Shown: in pieces, positions 1 through 11,323 of the stretch
Layout of the letters: each line of letters starts with the position of its first letter
Numbering within the stretch: position 1 is the first letter of the stretch
Assembly: GCA_963708065.1 (NCBI GenBank)
Contig: CAVPRZ010000009.1
Coordinates: forward strand, 28,702 to 92,701
Length of the DNA stretch: 64,000 bases
From: an uncultured Chloroflexia bacterium
GTDB taxonomy: Bacteria > Chloroflexota > Limnocylindria > Limnocylindrales > CSP1-4
Direction of reading: 5' to 3'
Position numbers and translations under genes: made by a program
Notes under the pieces: model-generated
Seen by the model: only the letters and a program-made list of their open reading frames with translations
Databases searched by the model: none
What the model was told of the DNA's origin: nothing

Positions 1-67
1 CCTGGCCGAGATCAGCCGGCCACACCGGCTCTGAGGCGCCTGGAGGCCACAGCGAAGGAGAACGACG

Positions 68-460
68 ATGACGACGAACGGACCGGGCGCGGCCACGACC
101 CGCGAACGAGCGACCAGCGCGCCGGCCGGCGACGACTCGGGGCTGCGAGCCCTCGTTGCCGGCGCCGGCGAGCGGGCAACCGAGGTGGCGGACGTCGTGC
201 GTGCGACCGCCGATCGGGCCGGGGAGCAGATCCCGCCGATCGTCGAGGGCGTCCGCGATGGCGCGCTCGAGGGCGCACGCACGATCCAGGCCCTGCCGGA
301 TCCAAGCCAGCGGCTGCTCGCCGCGTTCTCGCTCGGGCTCGGCGTCGGCCTGTCGATCGCCGGCGCACCGCGCCTGGTCGTGGCGGCGACCGTCGCACCA
401 GCGATCCTCGTCGCCGCCACGATCGTCGTCCGCGAGGGCGGCGCCGACCGGACGTCCTGA
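68..460 (+). CDS. hypothetical membrane protein
   Basis: 130-aa ATG ORF. C-terminal hydrophobic stretches (LAAFSLGLGVGLSIAGAP, VAATVAPAILVAATIVV). No family recognised. Confidence 0.4.
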   Translation: MTTNGPGAATTRERATSAPAGDDSGLRALVAGAGERATEVADVVRATADRAGEQIPPIVEGVRDGALEGARTIQALPDPSQRLLAAFSLGLGVGLSIAGAPRLVVAATVAPAILVAATIVVREGGADRTS

Positions 461-634
461 ACGGCCCGACGTCAGCGTCCTGAGGCCCACCGGCTGCAAG
501 GCACCTGCAACCGGGAAGGTGAGGCCGGCCGCACGACTGCAGCGTGGCCCTCCCTATCGTCGGAGGACCGAGCCAAACGGGCAACGGCCCCACGGCCGCC
601 AGGACGCAAACCGATACCAGCCCTGAGGTGAACC

Positions 635-814
635 ATGATCCGCCGCGCACTGTTCACCCTGTCGCTCGCCCTGACCGTCGGGGTCGCTGCCGCCGCCTGC
701 AACTCGACGCCGTCATCGACGACAGCACCCACCCTCGAGCCGACGACGGCGCCGACCGAGGTACCGTCCGAGGCGCCCTCCGCACCGGCGAGCGAGAGCC
801 CGGCGGCGTCCTAG
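635..814 (+). CDS. small putative lipoprotein (59 aa)
   Basis: Not in the ORF track (below its length cut-off). ATG at 635; translates MIRRALFTLSLALTVGVAAAAC..., a signal peptide plus lipobox Cys followed by a Pro/Thr/Ser-rich tail; TAG at 812-814. Confidence 0.45.
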   Translation: MIRRALFTLSLALTVGVAAAACNSTPSSTTAPTLEPTTAPTEVPSEAPSAPASESPAAS

Positions 815-1064
815 CGCCATCTCCCAGCCCAGTCGACGGCGAGGTTCCCCGCTCGGAGCCTCGCCGTCGATCCGCGTCCGGAAGCGGATCGCGGGCCGAC
901 TGCGATGCGGTTGGCATGCCTCGCAACCGGCAGGCAAGGCCAGTCCAACCCCGGTCCGGCCACCATGTCGGGTAGCGGTCGCGACCCGGTCCGGGGGATC
1001 GAGCTCTGCTCGAAGGGTCGTGCCGCTCTAGCCGTTCCCGGAGCCCGACCAAGGAGCACGAGCC

Positions 1065-1667
1065 ATGACAACAGCAACGAGTCAGCCCGCCGGCTTCGCC
1101 GCCGGCCTGACCGCCGGTCTCGCTCGCATGGCGCGCAGCGCCCGCGAGGCCGATCTGCCGGATCCGATCGAGATCGCCCGGGCCGTCGATCTCGCCGGAC
1201 GCGTGGAGGTCGGTCGCGAGCTGGCGACCGACGCCGCGGCCACGGTCGCCGAGAGGGTGACCGGAGCCCAGGCGCGTCGCCGCGGCTCCCGCCGTCGCCG
1301 GCTCCTCACCGCGCTCGCGGTCGGGCTGGTCCTCGCGACGACGATGACGGCGTGGCGGACGTGGCGCCGGATGTCCGAGCGGGCGTCGCGCGAGCGCACG
1401 CTCGACCGGATGGCGGTCGACCGGGCCGCCGGTGAAGGGATGGGCACGACGATCGGGTCGCGGGCCTCGCAGCCGTACCCCGAGCGCATCGCGGTGGCGA
1501 TGGACATGGCCGCAGCCGAAGAGCCTGCCGCGACGACCGAGCCAGTCTCCCCCTCGTCTCACGCGGCGAGCGCGGGTGACCCTGCGACCGACGACATCCG
1601 CGGCGAGCGACTCGGTCGAACGGTCATCGACCAGTCGAAGGTCGGGATCGGGGTGCCGCGCGCCTGA
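1065..1667 (+). CDS. hypothetical protein with one central TM segment
   Basis: 200-aa ORF. RRRGSRRRR followed by LLTALAVGLVLATTMTAW (TM). No family recognised. Confidence 0.4.
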   Translation: MTTATSQPAGFAAGLTAGLARMARSAREADLPDPIEIARAVDLAGRVEVGRELATDAAATVAERVTGAQARRRGSRRRRLLTALAVGLVLATTMTAWRTWRRMSERASRERTLDRMAVDRAAGEGMGTTIGSRASQPYPERIAVAMDMAAAEEPAATTEPVSPSSHAASAGDPATDDIRGERLGRTVIDQSKVGIGVPRA

Positions 1668-1679
1668 TCGCGAGATCGG

Positions 1680-2481
1680 TCAGGGGAACGGCGTCCCCAT
1701 CGTCTGCCCCCCGTCGATGACGAGCAGGTGGCCGGTGATCCACGCGGCGTCGTCCGAGACCAGGAAGGCCACCGCAGCCGGCGACGTCGGCAGGGGAGCC
1801 GAAGCGGCCCATCGGGATCTGGCGCAGGTAGGCGCGCGGCCCGCTCGGGGTCGTCGACCAGGTCGCGGGTCAGCTCGGTGGCGATCAGCCCGGGACCGAC
1901 CGCGTTCACGGTGATCCCATACGGGGCGAGCTCCATCGCCGCCGTCCTCACGAGTCCCACGACGCCCGCCTTCGACGCGTTGTAGGCGGCAAGGTCGGTC
2001 TCGACCCAGAACGCGTTCGTGGACGACGTCGACGACGATCCTGCCCCCGCCCAGCTCGCGCATCGCCCGGCCGGCGACCTGGATGGCGAGGTAGACGCCG
2101 CGCAGGTTGACCGCCATCGTCCGGTCCCACAGCTCGTCGGGCATGTCGAGCAGCGGGGCGATCCGACCGATCCCCGCATTGGCGACGAACACGTCGAGGC
2201 GGCCGAGCCGGTCGCGACACAGCTCGACCAGCCGCTCGACGGCCGCGCGCTCGGAGCAGTCGCCGGCGAACGCCGACCACCGGCTGATCGGGACCCGCCA
2301 GTGCCATCAGGTCGTCGACGGCCGTGAGTGCCGCGGCCTCGTCGATGTCGGCGATGACGACGCTCATGCCGTCCCGCACGAACCGCTCCGCGATCGCCCG
2401 GCCGATCCCGCGCGCGGCACCGGTGACGACGGCGACCCGCCCGGCACCGGCCCGGGGCGAGTCGCCGCCGATGGGGCTCAC
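1680..2481 (-). pseudogene. SDR-family oxidoreductase, multiply frameshifted
   Basis: RVAVVTGAARGIGRAI (TGxxxGxG), VFVANAGIG, AYNASKAGVVGLVRTAAMELAPYGITVNAVGPG (YxxxK) and FLVSDDAAWITGHLLVIDGG lie in colinear order but in four different minus-strand frames. Confidence 0.75.
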
Positions 2482-3604
2482 CGGGATCGACCTCGCGCGT
2501 CGACCGGCCAGACGTCGACGACCTCGCCACCGCGGATCACGATCGTCTCGGCGTGGTGGTCGACGACCGGGCAGACGTGGTTCGGGGCGATCGGCAGGAC
2601 CTGGCCGAGGCGGCCCCGTTCCGCGCCGACCGGCTCGACGTAGCCGTGGTAGTCGTTGACCGTCCGGACGATCCCCGGCAGGGTCGGCAGGAGCCCGAGA
2701 CCGGGCGCCATGCGCAGCGTGTCGCGTCCGAAGGCCTTCGCGCCGGCGTCGACGATCGCCTGGCCGGGCACGGCCAGGCTGGTGATCGTCCCGGCGACCC
2801 AGAACGCGATATCGGTTGGCTCGCACGATCCCAGCCAGACCTGGCCCCGGTCGTGAGTAGGCGTATGTCCCGGGTCGCATCTCGGTCGCCGGGGCGGTGA
2901 CGCCGCGCGATGCGGTCGGCGTCGAGCCGACGCTCAGGACCGAGACCTCGAACCCGGCGGCACGGAGCGCCGTCGGCGGCCGCGTCGACGACCCGGATCT
3001 CGTCGGCCGCCGCGCCGGCCACGAGGCCCGCCTCGTAGGCGTGCCCACCATGGGTGTAGACGCCGATCGGCCGGAGCCCGGCGCGGTCGGCGGCCCGCGC
3101 GACCGCCACCGACTCGTCGGGCGTCACGCCGGCCCGATGCTCGCCGCTGTCGAGCTCGACGAGCACCTCCAGCGGCCGGGCGGACCCGGCGACGGCGCGA
3201 CCGAGGAGCTCCGCCCCCTCGGCCGAATCGACCCCCACCCGGAGCGCGATCCGCTCGTGGAGCGCACGGAGCCGGCGGCCCTTCTCGCCTTCGGCCCAGA
3301 CGGTATAGGCGAGGAAGAGATCGTCGAACCCCGCGTCGGCGAAGACCTCGGCCTCGCCGATCGTGCCGACGGTCAGCCCGCGGGCCCCGGCCGCCCGTTG
3401 GAGCGCGGCAACGCGGACGCTCTTGTGCGTCTTCGCGTGCGGCCGGAGCGCGACGCCGCCCCGATCCGCAAGCGCCTGCATCCGGGCGATGTTCCGCTCG
3501 AGCCGGTCGAGGTCGACGATCGCGCATGGCGTCTCGAGGCCGTCCGGGAGGTCCGGCGCGGTGATGAGCGAGTCGGGCGGCGACAGGGCGGCGACGGCGG
3601 TCAT
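2478..3604 (-). pseudogene. PLP enzyme, alanine-racemase N-terminal domain / D-serine-deaminase(DSD1)- or D-threonine-aldolase-like, frameshifted
   Basis: N-terminus LRPHAKTHKS (PLP lysine motif) in the frame of ORF 2537..3604. The middle segment (FEVSVLSVGSTPT...EMRPGTYAY) and C-terminus (AIVDAGAKAF...APNHVCPVV) sit in two other frames. Confidence 0.7.
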
Positions 3605-3705
3605 CGGGACCCACGATATCCGGTCGCGAGTCGGCGGACCGGGCGATGCCGCGGGCCCTGGCGCGCCACCGGTTGGGGTACCTCCGACGCGCTAGGCTGT
3701 CGCGC

Positions 3706-4212
3706 ATGACGATCGAGCGGCAGGCGGCGATGACGACGCTCGAGGAGGGGCACCGGTCGGTCCGGGCGTTGGTCGCTCGGTTGACCACGGCCGAGCTCGA
3801 GCGCCCGGCCACGATCGGCGGCGGCGACTGGTCGGCCCGCGACCTCGTCGGCCACCTCACGGCCTGGGAGGAGCACGCGCTGGCGGCGCTCGACGCCTGG
3901 CGGGTTGGCCGGGGGGCCCCAATCCAGCGGGCGCTCCGTGAGCAGGGTCTGAACGCCGTCAATGCCGCCACGGCCGCCGCCGACCGACGTCGCGCGACCG
4001 GCGACGTCCTCCGCCGCTCGGACGCGATCCACGCCGGCCTGATCGCGGCGCTCCAGGCCATCCCGGACGGGACGTGGCTCGAGCCGCCCACGCGGCGGTC
4101 GCGGAGACCGCTCGGCGAGGTCGTCGGGTCGATCCTCGGCGGGCCCACCGGGCCGTTCAGCCACGCGGCGGCGCACCTGCCCGATCTCGAGCGCTACGTC
4201 CAGGGGCGATGA
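3706..4212 (+). CDS. DinB-like / mycothiol-dependent-enzyme N-terminal domain protein
   Basis: Internal ATG at 3706 of ORF 3646..4212. WSARDLVGHLTAWEEHAL and a C-terminal H-containing helix are typical of DinB-fold four-helix proteins. Confidence 0.6.
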   Translation: MTIERQAAMTTLEEGHRSVRALVARLTTAELERPATIGGGDWSARDLVGHLTAWEEHALAALDAWRVGRGAPIQRALREQGLNAVNAATAAADRRRATGDVLRRSDAIHAGLIAALQAIPDGTWLEPPTRRSRRPLGEVVGSILGGPTGPFSHAAAHLPDLERYVQGR

Positions 4213-4727
4213 CGGCAGCCGGGAGCCGGAGCCGAGGCGCGGAGCGCCAGCTGTGGGCCTGCCCGCGCTGCGGGAAGCGCTTCGTTACGCCGAACATGGC
4301 CCACTCGGAGGGATTTGCCCGGGTCGACTTCTACGGTCAAGACGACTGGGTCTCCACGATCGATCTCCGGGATGAGTCGGAGATCGATGCCGAGCTCATG
4401 AGCCTGCTCCGCGAGGCGCGCGCGGTCGGCGACCAGGAGCACCTGCGGGGACGCAGCCGGGAGGTCTCGAGACAGGCCGCACGATCGGCCGACCCACCCT
4501 GGGCCGGGCCGCTGCGACGCCGAGGCGGGGCGCCGGCGAGTCAGGCCCGACCGACGAGGGTGGCTCCCCAGGCGACGGCCCGATCCTCCTCGCCCGGGAG
4601 GAGCGGCCCCTCGCTGTGCTCGATGAAGAAGCTTTCGCCGGGAACGACCGGCTTGGCACCGTGGCGCTGGAGGCCCTCGGCGATGACGCCGGACGCCGCC
4701 CCGGTCAGCCAGCGCGGCTTGTCGTAG
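4209..4727 (+). pseudogene. DUF5655-like remnant (internally deleted?)
   Basis: ATGA overlap with the upstream DinB gene. WACPRCGKRFVTPNMAHS matches the N-terminal zinc-ribbon-like start of DUF5655 proteins (compare the intact copy at 38966). It jumps directly to the C-terminal ...DLRDESEIDAELMSLLREA motif. The tail overlaps the flavodoxin gene and is probably not coding. Confidence 0.3.
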
Positions 4728-4981
4728 CGCGTGTCGAAGGTCGCAACCTTCGTCCCGGGCAGGTCGGGCAGGCGTGCGAGGAACTCCTTCATCGCCGGGC
4801 TCGCCCCGTGAGCCTGGGTGGGTCCACCGACGATCATGAGGTCGACGGTCCGGTCGATCTCCTCGGTGCCCGTGGTGGCCTCGACCGTCACGTGGTTGGC
4901 CGGGCCGAAGCCGGCCGCGATCGACCGGGCGATCCGCTCCGTGTTGCCGAACTTGCTGTCAAAGACGACGAGAATCTTCAT
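4541..4981 (-). CDS. flavodoxin family protein
   Basis: MKILVVFDSKFGNTERIA... is a typical flavodoxin FMN-loop start; 146 aa. Confidence 0.8.
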   Translation of the reverse strand: MKILVVFDSKFGNTERIARSIAAGFGPANHVTVEATTGTEEIDRTVDLMIVGGPTQAHGASPAMKEFLARLPDLPGTKVATFDTRYDKPRWLTGAASGVIAEGLQRHGAKPVVPGESFFIEHSEGPLLPGEEDRAVAWGATLVGRA

Positions 4982-5079
4982 TGGCGACCTCCCGGAGCAT
5001 CGTGCCGGTCGCGTGGCCGAGCCCGCATCGGCCGGATGGCCCCAAGTCGGCGGCCCGGTCGGCCCCGACGCATGGACGG

Positions 5080-8000
5080 TCAGGACCGGCCGGCGACCTC
5101 CCGGTCGCTCGTCTCCGGGGTCGAGGCGGTCGCGCTCCCTCCCGGCCGGTCCCGGGTCGCGGCCGCGAGCCAGTCGACGTACGGCCGGGCGCGGACGCGC
5201 TCGAAGACGGCCCGCGCATGGTCGGCGGCAGCGCGCAGCTCCGGCGCGTCCGTCCCGAGGAGCAGGATCGCGTCGAGCTCGACCTGGGCGAGCGCGAACT
5301 CGTAGCCGAGGGCCGCATACCGCTCGAACGCGTCGCGGTAGCCGGCCAGGGCCTCCTGCCGCCGGCCCTCCAGGGCGGCCAGCCCGGCACGGGTTGCGAC
5401 CCGGACGGCGAGCGTCGCAGCCCGGTCGGCGTCGGGAGTGGCGTCGAGCTGGGCCAGCACCTGCCGAACGAGGTCCGGGTCCCGGCTCCAGAGGGCAGGA
5501 CGCGCGGCCTCGGTCTGGTAGATGCTGGCGAGGCCGCGGAACTCGGCGGCGGACATGAACTCCCCGAACGCCGTCCGGTTGTCGCCTCGAACGAGCGCCC
5601 GATCGCCCTTCAGCGCGTGCACCTGGGCTGGATTGAGCGGATCCGACAGCTGCTCGGCGGCCGACTCGAGGATCCGCAATGCGTCGTCCGTCGGCTCTCC
5701 TCGGGCAGCGCGGATCAGGCAGATCGACGAGAGGATGCTCGCCTCCTCGGACACGTCGCGAACGGTCGCGAGCGCCTCATCGGCCTTCGCAAGCACCGCG
5801 TCCCAGTCGCCGCCGTTCAGCCAGGTGCCCGCCACGAGGGACTGGATGATCCAGTTCGCCATCTGGCGGTTGCCGACCCGGCAGGCGAGCTCGTAGTTGG
5901 CGGCCTGCATCTCGATCACCCGCCGCGGCTCGCTCGACCAGAGCGTGCTGGCCAGGTTGCTCCGGGCACGCAGCTCGGTCGAGATGTCACCGCTCTCGTG
6001 GGCGATGACGATCGCGGCCTCCATGAGTGCGCTCGCCTCGCGGACCCGACCCAGGTACGAGAGCGACGAGGCCTTGTTGTTGAACGCGTCGGCGATGACG
6101 ACCGTCAGGTCGAGCCGCTCGGCGATCGGCAGGGCCTGGTCGGCAACCTCGACCGACCGCTCGAACCGGTCGGTTCGCATGTACGCCCGCGACAGGTTCG
6201 CCAGCAGCCTCGCCCGGACATCGTCGGGAACGTCGGCCGGCAGGCTCGCCAGGGCGGACTCGAGAACCTGGGTTGCCTCGCGCGGGTCGAGGGCGTTGAG
6301 CAGGATCGCGCCGAGCTCGGCCGTGGCCCGGGCGGCCCCCGCCCCGTCGCCTGACCGCTGGAGCTCGTCGATCGCGCGGCGGGCGAAGGCAACCGCCGCC
6401 TCGTGGTCGGAGGCGTCGGAGGCCGACAGGGCGGCACGCTCGAGGAGCGGCCCACGTTCGGCCGGATCTGCGGTGACGTCGAGGCCCTGGACGAGGTAGG
6501 CGACGGCCTGATCGTGAGCGCCGAGCGTCGCCGCCCGGGCGGCCGCCCCGCTGAGCGCGAGCCGGGCCTGGATGGCCACGGCGGAGGCCTCGGGCCCCTC
6601 GCTCGACGCCCGGTAGGCCTCGACGTAGTGGGTCGCAAGCGCGCCGGCCAGCTCGTCCTCGCCGAGCGTCTCGAAGAACCGGGCGACCGCGAGGTGGCGG
6701 GCCCGTCGCTCGGGTCGGGCGAGCATCCCGTAGGCCACCTCGCGGATGAGCGACTGGACGAAGCCGTACTGCCCGCGCTCGGGTGACCGCGGATCGACCT
6801 CGAGCTCGAGGAGCTCGCGCCGGATGAGAACGCGAAGCCGGCCCTCGAGGTCCGCCTCGTCGCGCCCGGTGACCGCGGCCAGCCCGGCCAGGGTGAACGT
6901 CTGGCCGAGGACCGCCCCATCCTGGACGAGGCTCCGGTCGGCCGGGTCGAGGGCGTCGAGGCGCGACGCGATGAGCGAGCGGAGCGTCTCGGGGATGGCC
7001 AGGTCGCCGAGCTCTCCCACCGGCCGGTAGGCACCGTCGACGAGCTCGAGGCGACGATCGGCCACGAGCGCCCTGACGGTCTCGACCGCGTAGAGCGGCA
7101 CGCCGTCCGCCCGGGCGAGGATCGCCCCGACCGCGGCCGGCGGGAGTCCCGGCACGAACCCGTCGAGCAGCTCCCGCATCGCCTCGTCCGACAGCGGCTC
7201 GAGCGCGACCGCCGTGAAGTTGCGCGAGCCGACGCCCCAGTCCGGGCGCTTGTCGAAGAGCTCCGGGCGGGCGAGGGTCACGACCAGGATCGGCACGCCG
7301 CGCGACCACTCGACGAGATGGTCGATGAAGTCGAGCAGGCCGCTGTCGGCCCACTGGAGGTCCTCGAACAGCAGGATCGTCGTGCCCCGGGTGGCGATCC
7401 GCTCGAAGAAGGTTCGCCACGCCCCGAACAGCGCGTCGCGCCCGCCCGGCGGCGGGGGCTCGAGGCCGAGCAGGGTGAGGAGCGCCGGCTCGACCCAGCG
7501 CCGGTCGTCGGCGTCGGACACGAAGTCGGCCACCGTCTCGGCGATCCGTCGCCTGGTCGTCGCCTCGTCGTCGGTCTCGGCCAGGCCGGCCCGCCGGCGG
7601 ACCATCTCGCCGAGCGCCCAGAACGTGATCCCGTCGCCGTAGGCGGGCGACCGGCCGCGATGCCAGTAGACGTCGTCGACGAGGCCGTCGATGTACTTCT
7701 CGAGCTCCCAGGCGAGCCGGCTCTTGCCGATCCCGCCCGGCCCCGTCACCGAGACGAGGCGCGTCCGCCGGTCGCGTCCGGCCGCACCGAGCACGTCCTT
7801 GAGCAGGCGGAACTCCTCGTCGCGTCCGACGAACGGCGGCTCGGGCAGGTCCGTCCGACCCTGGCCACCGCGCTGGGCGACGACCCGCAGCGCGCGCCAG
7901 GCGGGGACGGGGGCGCTCTTGCCCTTGAGCGACTGGTCGCCGACCGCCTCGAACGCGATCGCCGACGCCGCCGCCCGATGGGTCGAGTCGCCGACGAGCA

Positions 8001-8665
8001 CCCAGCCGGGCAGGGCGACCGACTGGAGGCGCGCGGCGGTGTTGACCAGGTCGCCGGCGACCATGCCCTGGTTCGCCGCGCCGAGCGTGACCGCGGCCTC
8101 GCCGGTCAGGACGCCGGCGCGCGCCTCGATCCCCGGCCCGAGCCCCCGGACCGCGTCGACCAGCTCGAGCCCGGCCCGGACGGCCCGCTCCGCGTCGTCC
8201 TCCTGCGCGGTCGGGGCGCCCCAGACGGCCATCACCGCGTCGCCGATGAACTTCTCGATCGTCCCGCCGTAGCGCCCGATGACGTCGCTGGCGAGCTCGA
8301 AGTAGCGGGTCAGCGTGTCGCGGACGTCCTCGGCGTCGCGCTCCTCGGCGAACGGCGTGAACCCGACCAGGTCGGCGAACAGGACCGACACGAGCCGTCG
8401 CTCGGCGGTCGGACCCGGACCGGTCCGAGCCGGCCCCGAGCCGTAGGGGCCGGCCGATCCGCCGGATGTCACCGCGACGGCCGCGGTTGCGCCGGCCTGG
8501 AGCGGCTGACGCGCACTCGCCGCAGAACTTGGCGTCGGCGCCGTTGGCCGCGCCGCAGCTGGGGCAGGTCACGGCCAGCCGCGTGGCGCATTCCTTGCAG
8601 AACTTGCGCCCGGCCTCGTTCTCGGTCCCGCAGCTCGAACAGATCACGACCGTTGACTCCGGCAC
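5080..8665 (-). pseudogene. double zinc-ribbon / class III adenylate-guanylate cyclase / AAA (STAND) ATPase / TPR multidomain protein, one frame break near 8505-8515
   Basis: 1130-aa ORF: VSVLFADLVGFT...KFIGDAVMAVWG (cyclase), VTGPGGIGKSRLA (P-loop), then a long helical-repeat C-terminus. The upstream segment VICSSCGTENEAGRKFCKECATRLAVTCPSCGAANGADAKFCGEC is colinear but in another frame. Confidence 0.85.
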
Positions 8666-8726
8666 GAACTCGGTCGCAAGAGGGTAGCCGACCGCGGCCG
8701 GCCGCGGAAGGATCGATGTCGGCGCC

Positions 8727-9731
8727 TCAGGCGCCGGCCCAGCGCCAGTGGTCGGTCCAGTGCTCGCCGCGGGCGAGACCCTCGAGCTCCGCGGCGAAGC
8801 GCGCCCGGTCGGCTCGCCAGGCGTCGCGGGCCTCGGGGAGCGTGATGACCTCGAAGCGGACCTGGTCGCCCGGCGCGAGCTGGCCCACGACCGGCAGGTC
8901 GGCCCGGATGGCGACCGCCAGGACGGGATACCCGCCAACGGTCTGGTGGTCGGCGAGCAGCGCGATCGGAGTCCCGCCCTCGGGCACCTGGATCGCGCCC
9001 CAGGTCATCGGCACCGAGACGAGGTCGCCGGCGCCCGGACGGCGCGGGATCGTCGCGCGGGCGAGGCGGATGCCCATCCGGTCGCTGTCCGGGCGGACGC
9101 TCCACTCCGTCCCGGCGAACCTCGTGAGGGCATCGGGCGGGAACTGGTCACCATGCGGGCCGGCGATCACCCGGACCACCGAGACGGCAGGGTTCGCCGA
9201 CGGCCCTTGGCCCGACGGCCAGCTCCGCCCGGCCAACGTCGGATCGCTCGGCCGGCGGGCGCGCAGGACGTCGCCCGGCTGAAGCCGGCGCCCGTCGAGA
9301 CCGCCGAACCCGGCGACGAGGCAGGTCGCGGCGGAGCCCATCACCTCGGGGACGTCGAGGCCGCCGGGGACGGCGAGATAGGCCCGGACGCCCGCGCCGG
9401 CGCCGGATGCGCGTCCGGCGAACCGGATCGTCTGACCGGCCCACGCGACGTGACTGCCGTCCGGCGCGAGGGCCCGGCCCTCCTCCACGACCAGCGCGCC
9501 GAGGTCCGCCCCGCCGAGCCCGATCACCGTCCGCTCGCGGATCGCGATCTCGAAGCCGCCCGCGGTGATCTCGATCGCCGGCGCATCCAGGGCGTTGCCC
9601 AGCAGCGCGTTGGCGATCGCCAGGCCGCGCGGGTCGCAGGCACCCGAGGGCGGCACCCCGAAGCGCTCGAAGCCAGGCCGGCCGCCGTCCTGGACGGTGG
9701 CGAGGACGCCCGACGCGAGGACCTCGATCAT
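8727..9731 (-). CDS. pxpC: 5-oxoprolinase subunit C (allophanate hydrolase subunit 2 / KipA family)
   Basis: MIEVLASGVLATVQDGGRPGFERFGVPPSGACD... and DHQTVGGYP motif. The ATG at 9731 overlaps the pxpB stop (ATGA). Confidence 0.85.
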   Translation of the reverse strand: MIEVLASGVLATVQDGGRPGFERFGVPPSGACDPRGLAIANALLGNALDAPAIEITAGGFEIAIRERTVIGLGGADLGALVVEEGRALAPDGSHVAWAGQTIRFAGRASGAGAGVRAYLAVPGGLDVPEVMGSAATCLVAGFGGLDGRRLQPGDVLRARRPSDPTLAGRSWPSGQGPSANPAVSVVRVIAGPHGDQFPPDALTRFAGTEWSVRPDSDRMGIRLARATIPRRPGAGDLVSVPMTWGAIQVPEGGTPIALLADHQTVGGYPVLAVAIRADLPVVGQLAPGDQVRFEVITLPEARDAWRADRARFAAELEGLARGEHWTDHWRWAGA

Positions 9732-10394
9732 CGCCGTCCCGGCCGCTCGATGGGGACGAAGCGGACGCGGTCGCCGGGCGCCAGGCGGGCCGGCGGGTCT
9801 GCCTCCGGGTCCCACAGTGGGAGGTCGGTCCGCCCGATGAGATGCCAGCCGCCGGGCGTCGCGACCGGGTAGACCGCGGTCTGCGTGGCGGCGATCCCCA
9901 CGCTCCCGGGCGGGACCGTCGGCCGGGGAGTCGGGCGGCGCGGCAGGACCAATCGCTGGGGCAGCGTCCCGAGGTAGGCGAAGCCCGGGACGAAGCCGAG
10001 GAGGTAGACCCGGTAGGTCCGGGCGGCATGGGCCCGGACGACCGCCTCGACGTCCAGCCCAAGCCGCTCGGCGACCTCCGACAGGTCGGGGCCGTCCGGG
10101 CCGCCGTAGCGGACCGGGATCTCGACGAGCCGCCCACCCCGGTCCGGTCCAAGCGGGAGGCGGCTGGTCGTGGCGACGACGGCCTCCAGGCGCTCCCGCG
10201 CGGCCGCGGGATCGAGCCGCTCGGGGTCGAACGGCACGAGCAGGCTGGCGTAGGCCGGGACCGAGTTCTCCCCAGCCGTCCGCCGCCGGCAGCTCGGTCC
10301 GCACGGCCGCGTCGAGGGCGTGCGTCCGCCGGTTGAGCGGGACCGAGATCCGCTCGCCGAGGACGACGAGGAAGGCGGCCTCGCCGAACGGCAC
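9728..10394 (-). pseudogene. pxpB: 5-oxoprolinase subunit B (KipI family), frame break near 10262-10275
   Basis: N-terminus VPFGEAAFLVVLGERIS in one frame. The rest (YLLGFVPGFAYLG...GSVGIAATQTAVYPVATPGGWHLIGRT) is in the frame of ORF 9728..10237. Confidence 0.8.
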
Positions 10395-10431
10395 GACCTT
10401 CGCGCGTCGGCCCCGCCATGTCGGGTGGGCC

Positions 10432-11215
10432 TCAGTCGGCCGATCCGGGCCGACCCGGCGCCGCGATCGCGACCCCGGCCGCCTCGAGGCCGATCCGGAC
10501 GGCCCGGGCAATCGCCGCGGCGCCGGGCGTGTCCCCGTGGAGGCAGATCGTGTCGGCGCGGATCTCGACGATCGAGCCGTCGTGGGCGGTGACCCGGCCG
10601 TCACGGACGATCGCGACCGCCTGGGCCGCCGCCGTCGTCGGGGTCGGTATGGACGGCGCCCGGGAGCCGTCGCGGACGGAGCCGGCCGTCCGGCTCGTAG
10701 GCCCGATCGGCGAACGCCTCGGCGGCGACCGACAGCCCGGCCGCCCGCCCGGCGTCGAGCATCACCGAGCCGGCCAGTCCCACGAGGATCAGCTCGCGCG
10801 ACAGGCGCCGGACCGACCGGGCGATCGCCTCGGCCACCGACGGGTCGATCGCGGCCCGGTTGTAGAGCGCCCCGTGCGGCTTGACGTGGCGGATCTCCGA
10901 GCCCGCGGCCCGGGCGAACGCCGCGAGCGCGCCGACCTGGTAGACGATCGCCGCCTCGAGCTCGGCTGCGGTCATGTCGAGGTCGCGCCGGCCAAAGCCG
11001 GCCAGGTCGGGGTACCCGGGATGCGCCCCGATCGCCACCCCGGCCGCGACCGCCAGACCGACCGTCCGCTCCATGACGAGCGGATCGCCGGCATGGAAGC
11101 CACAGGCCACGTTCACCGAGCTCAGGAGCGGGATGAGCGCCGCGTCGTTGCCCATCGTCCAGGCCCCGAAGCCCTCGCCGACGTCGCTGTTGAGGTCGAT
11201 CCGACGGTCGCTCAT
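10432..11215 (-). pseudogene. pxpA: 5-oxoprolinase subunit A (LamB/YcsF family), frame break near 10640
   Basis: MSDRRIDLNSDVGEGFG...ACGFHAGDP...KPHGALYN. The C-terminus VTAHDGSIVEIRADTICLHGDTPGAAAIARAV continues in another frame to the TGA at 10432-10434. Confidence 0.8.
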
Positions 11216-11323
11216 GGTCGGATGGTAGGACTCGATTGGAAGCCCCGAGAGCGACGATGCGCGTCGCGGCCGGATCAGGTGCGCCTGGCTGAGGCGTCGG
11301 TCGGGGTCACCCGAGCTGAGGAT

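Noticed and set aside
5987-8938. 983-aa minus-strand ORF overlapping the cyclase/STAND gene
   Set aside because: The translation is Arg/Pro/Gly/Ala-rich low complexity, a shadow frame of the real 1130-aa gene. Only its first ~60 codons (the zinc ribbons) are genuine and belong to the cyclase gene after a frame correction.
8727-10604. 625-aa ORF; likewise 35869-37977 (702 aa) and 50371-52443 (690 aa)
   Set aside because: Each is a real gene (pxpC, the membrane coiled-coil protein, and the histidine kinase respectively) extended upstream through an open non-coding frame of the neighbouring gene.
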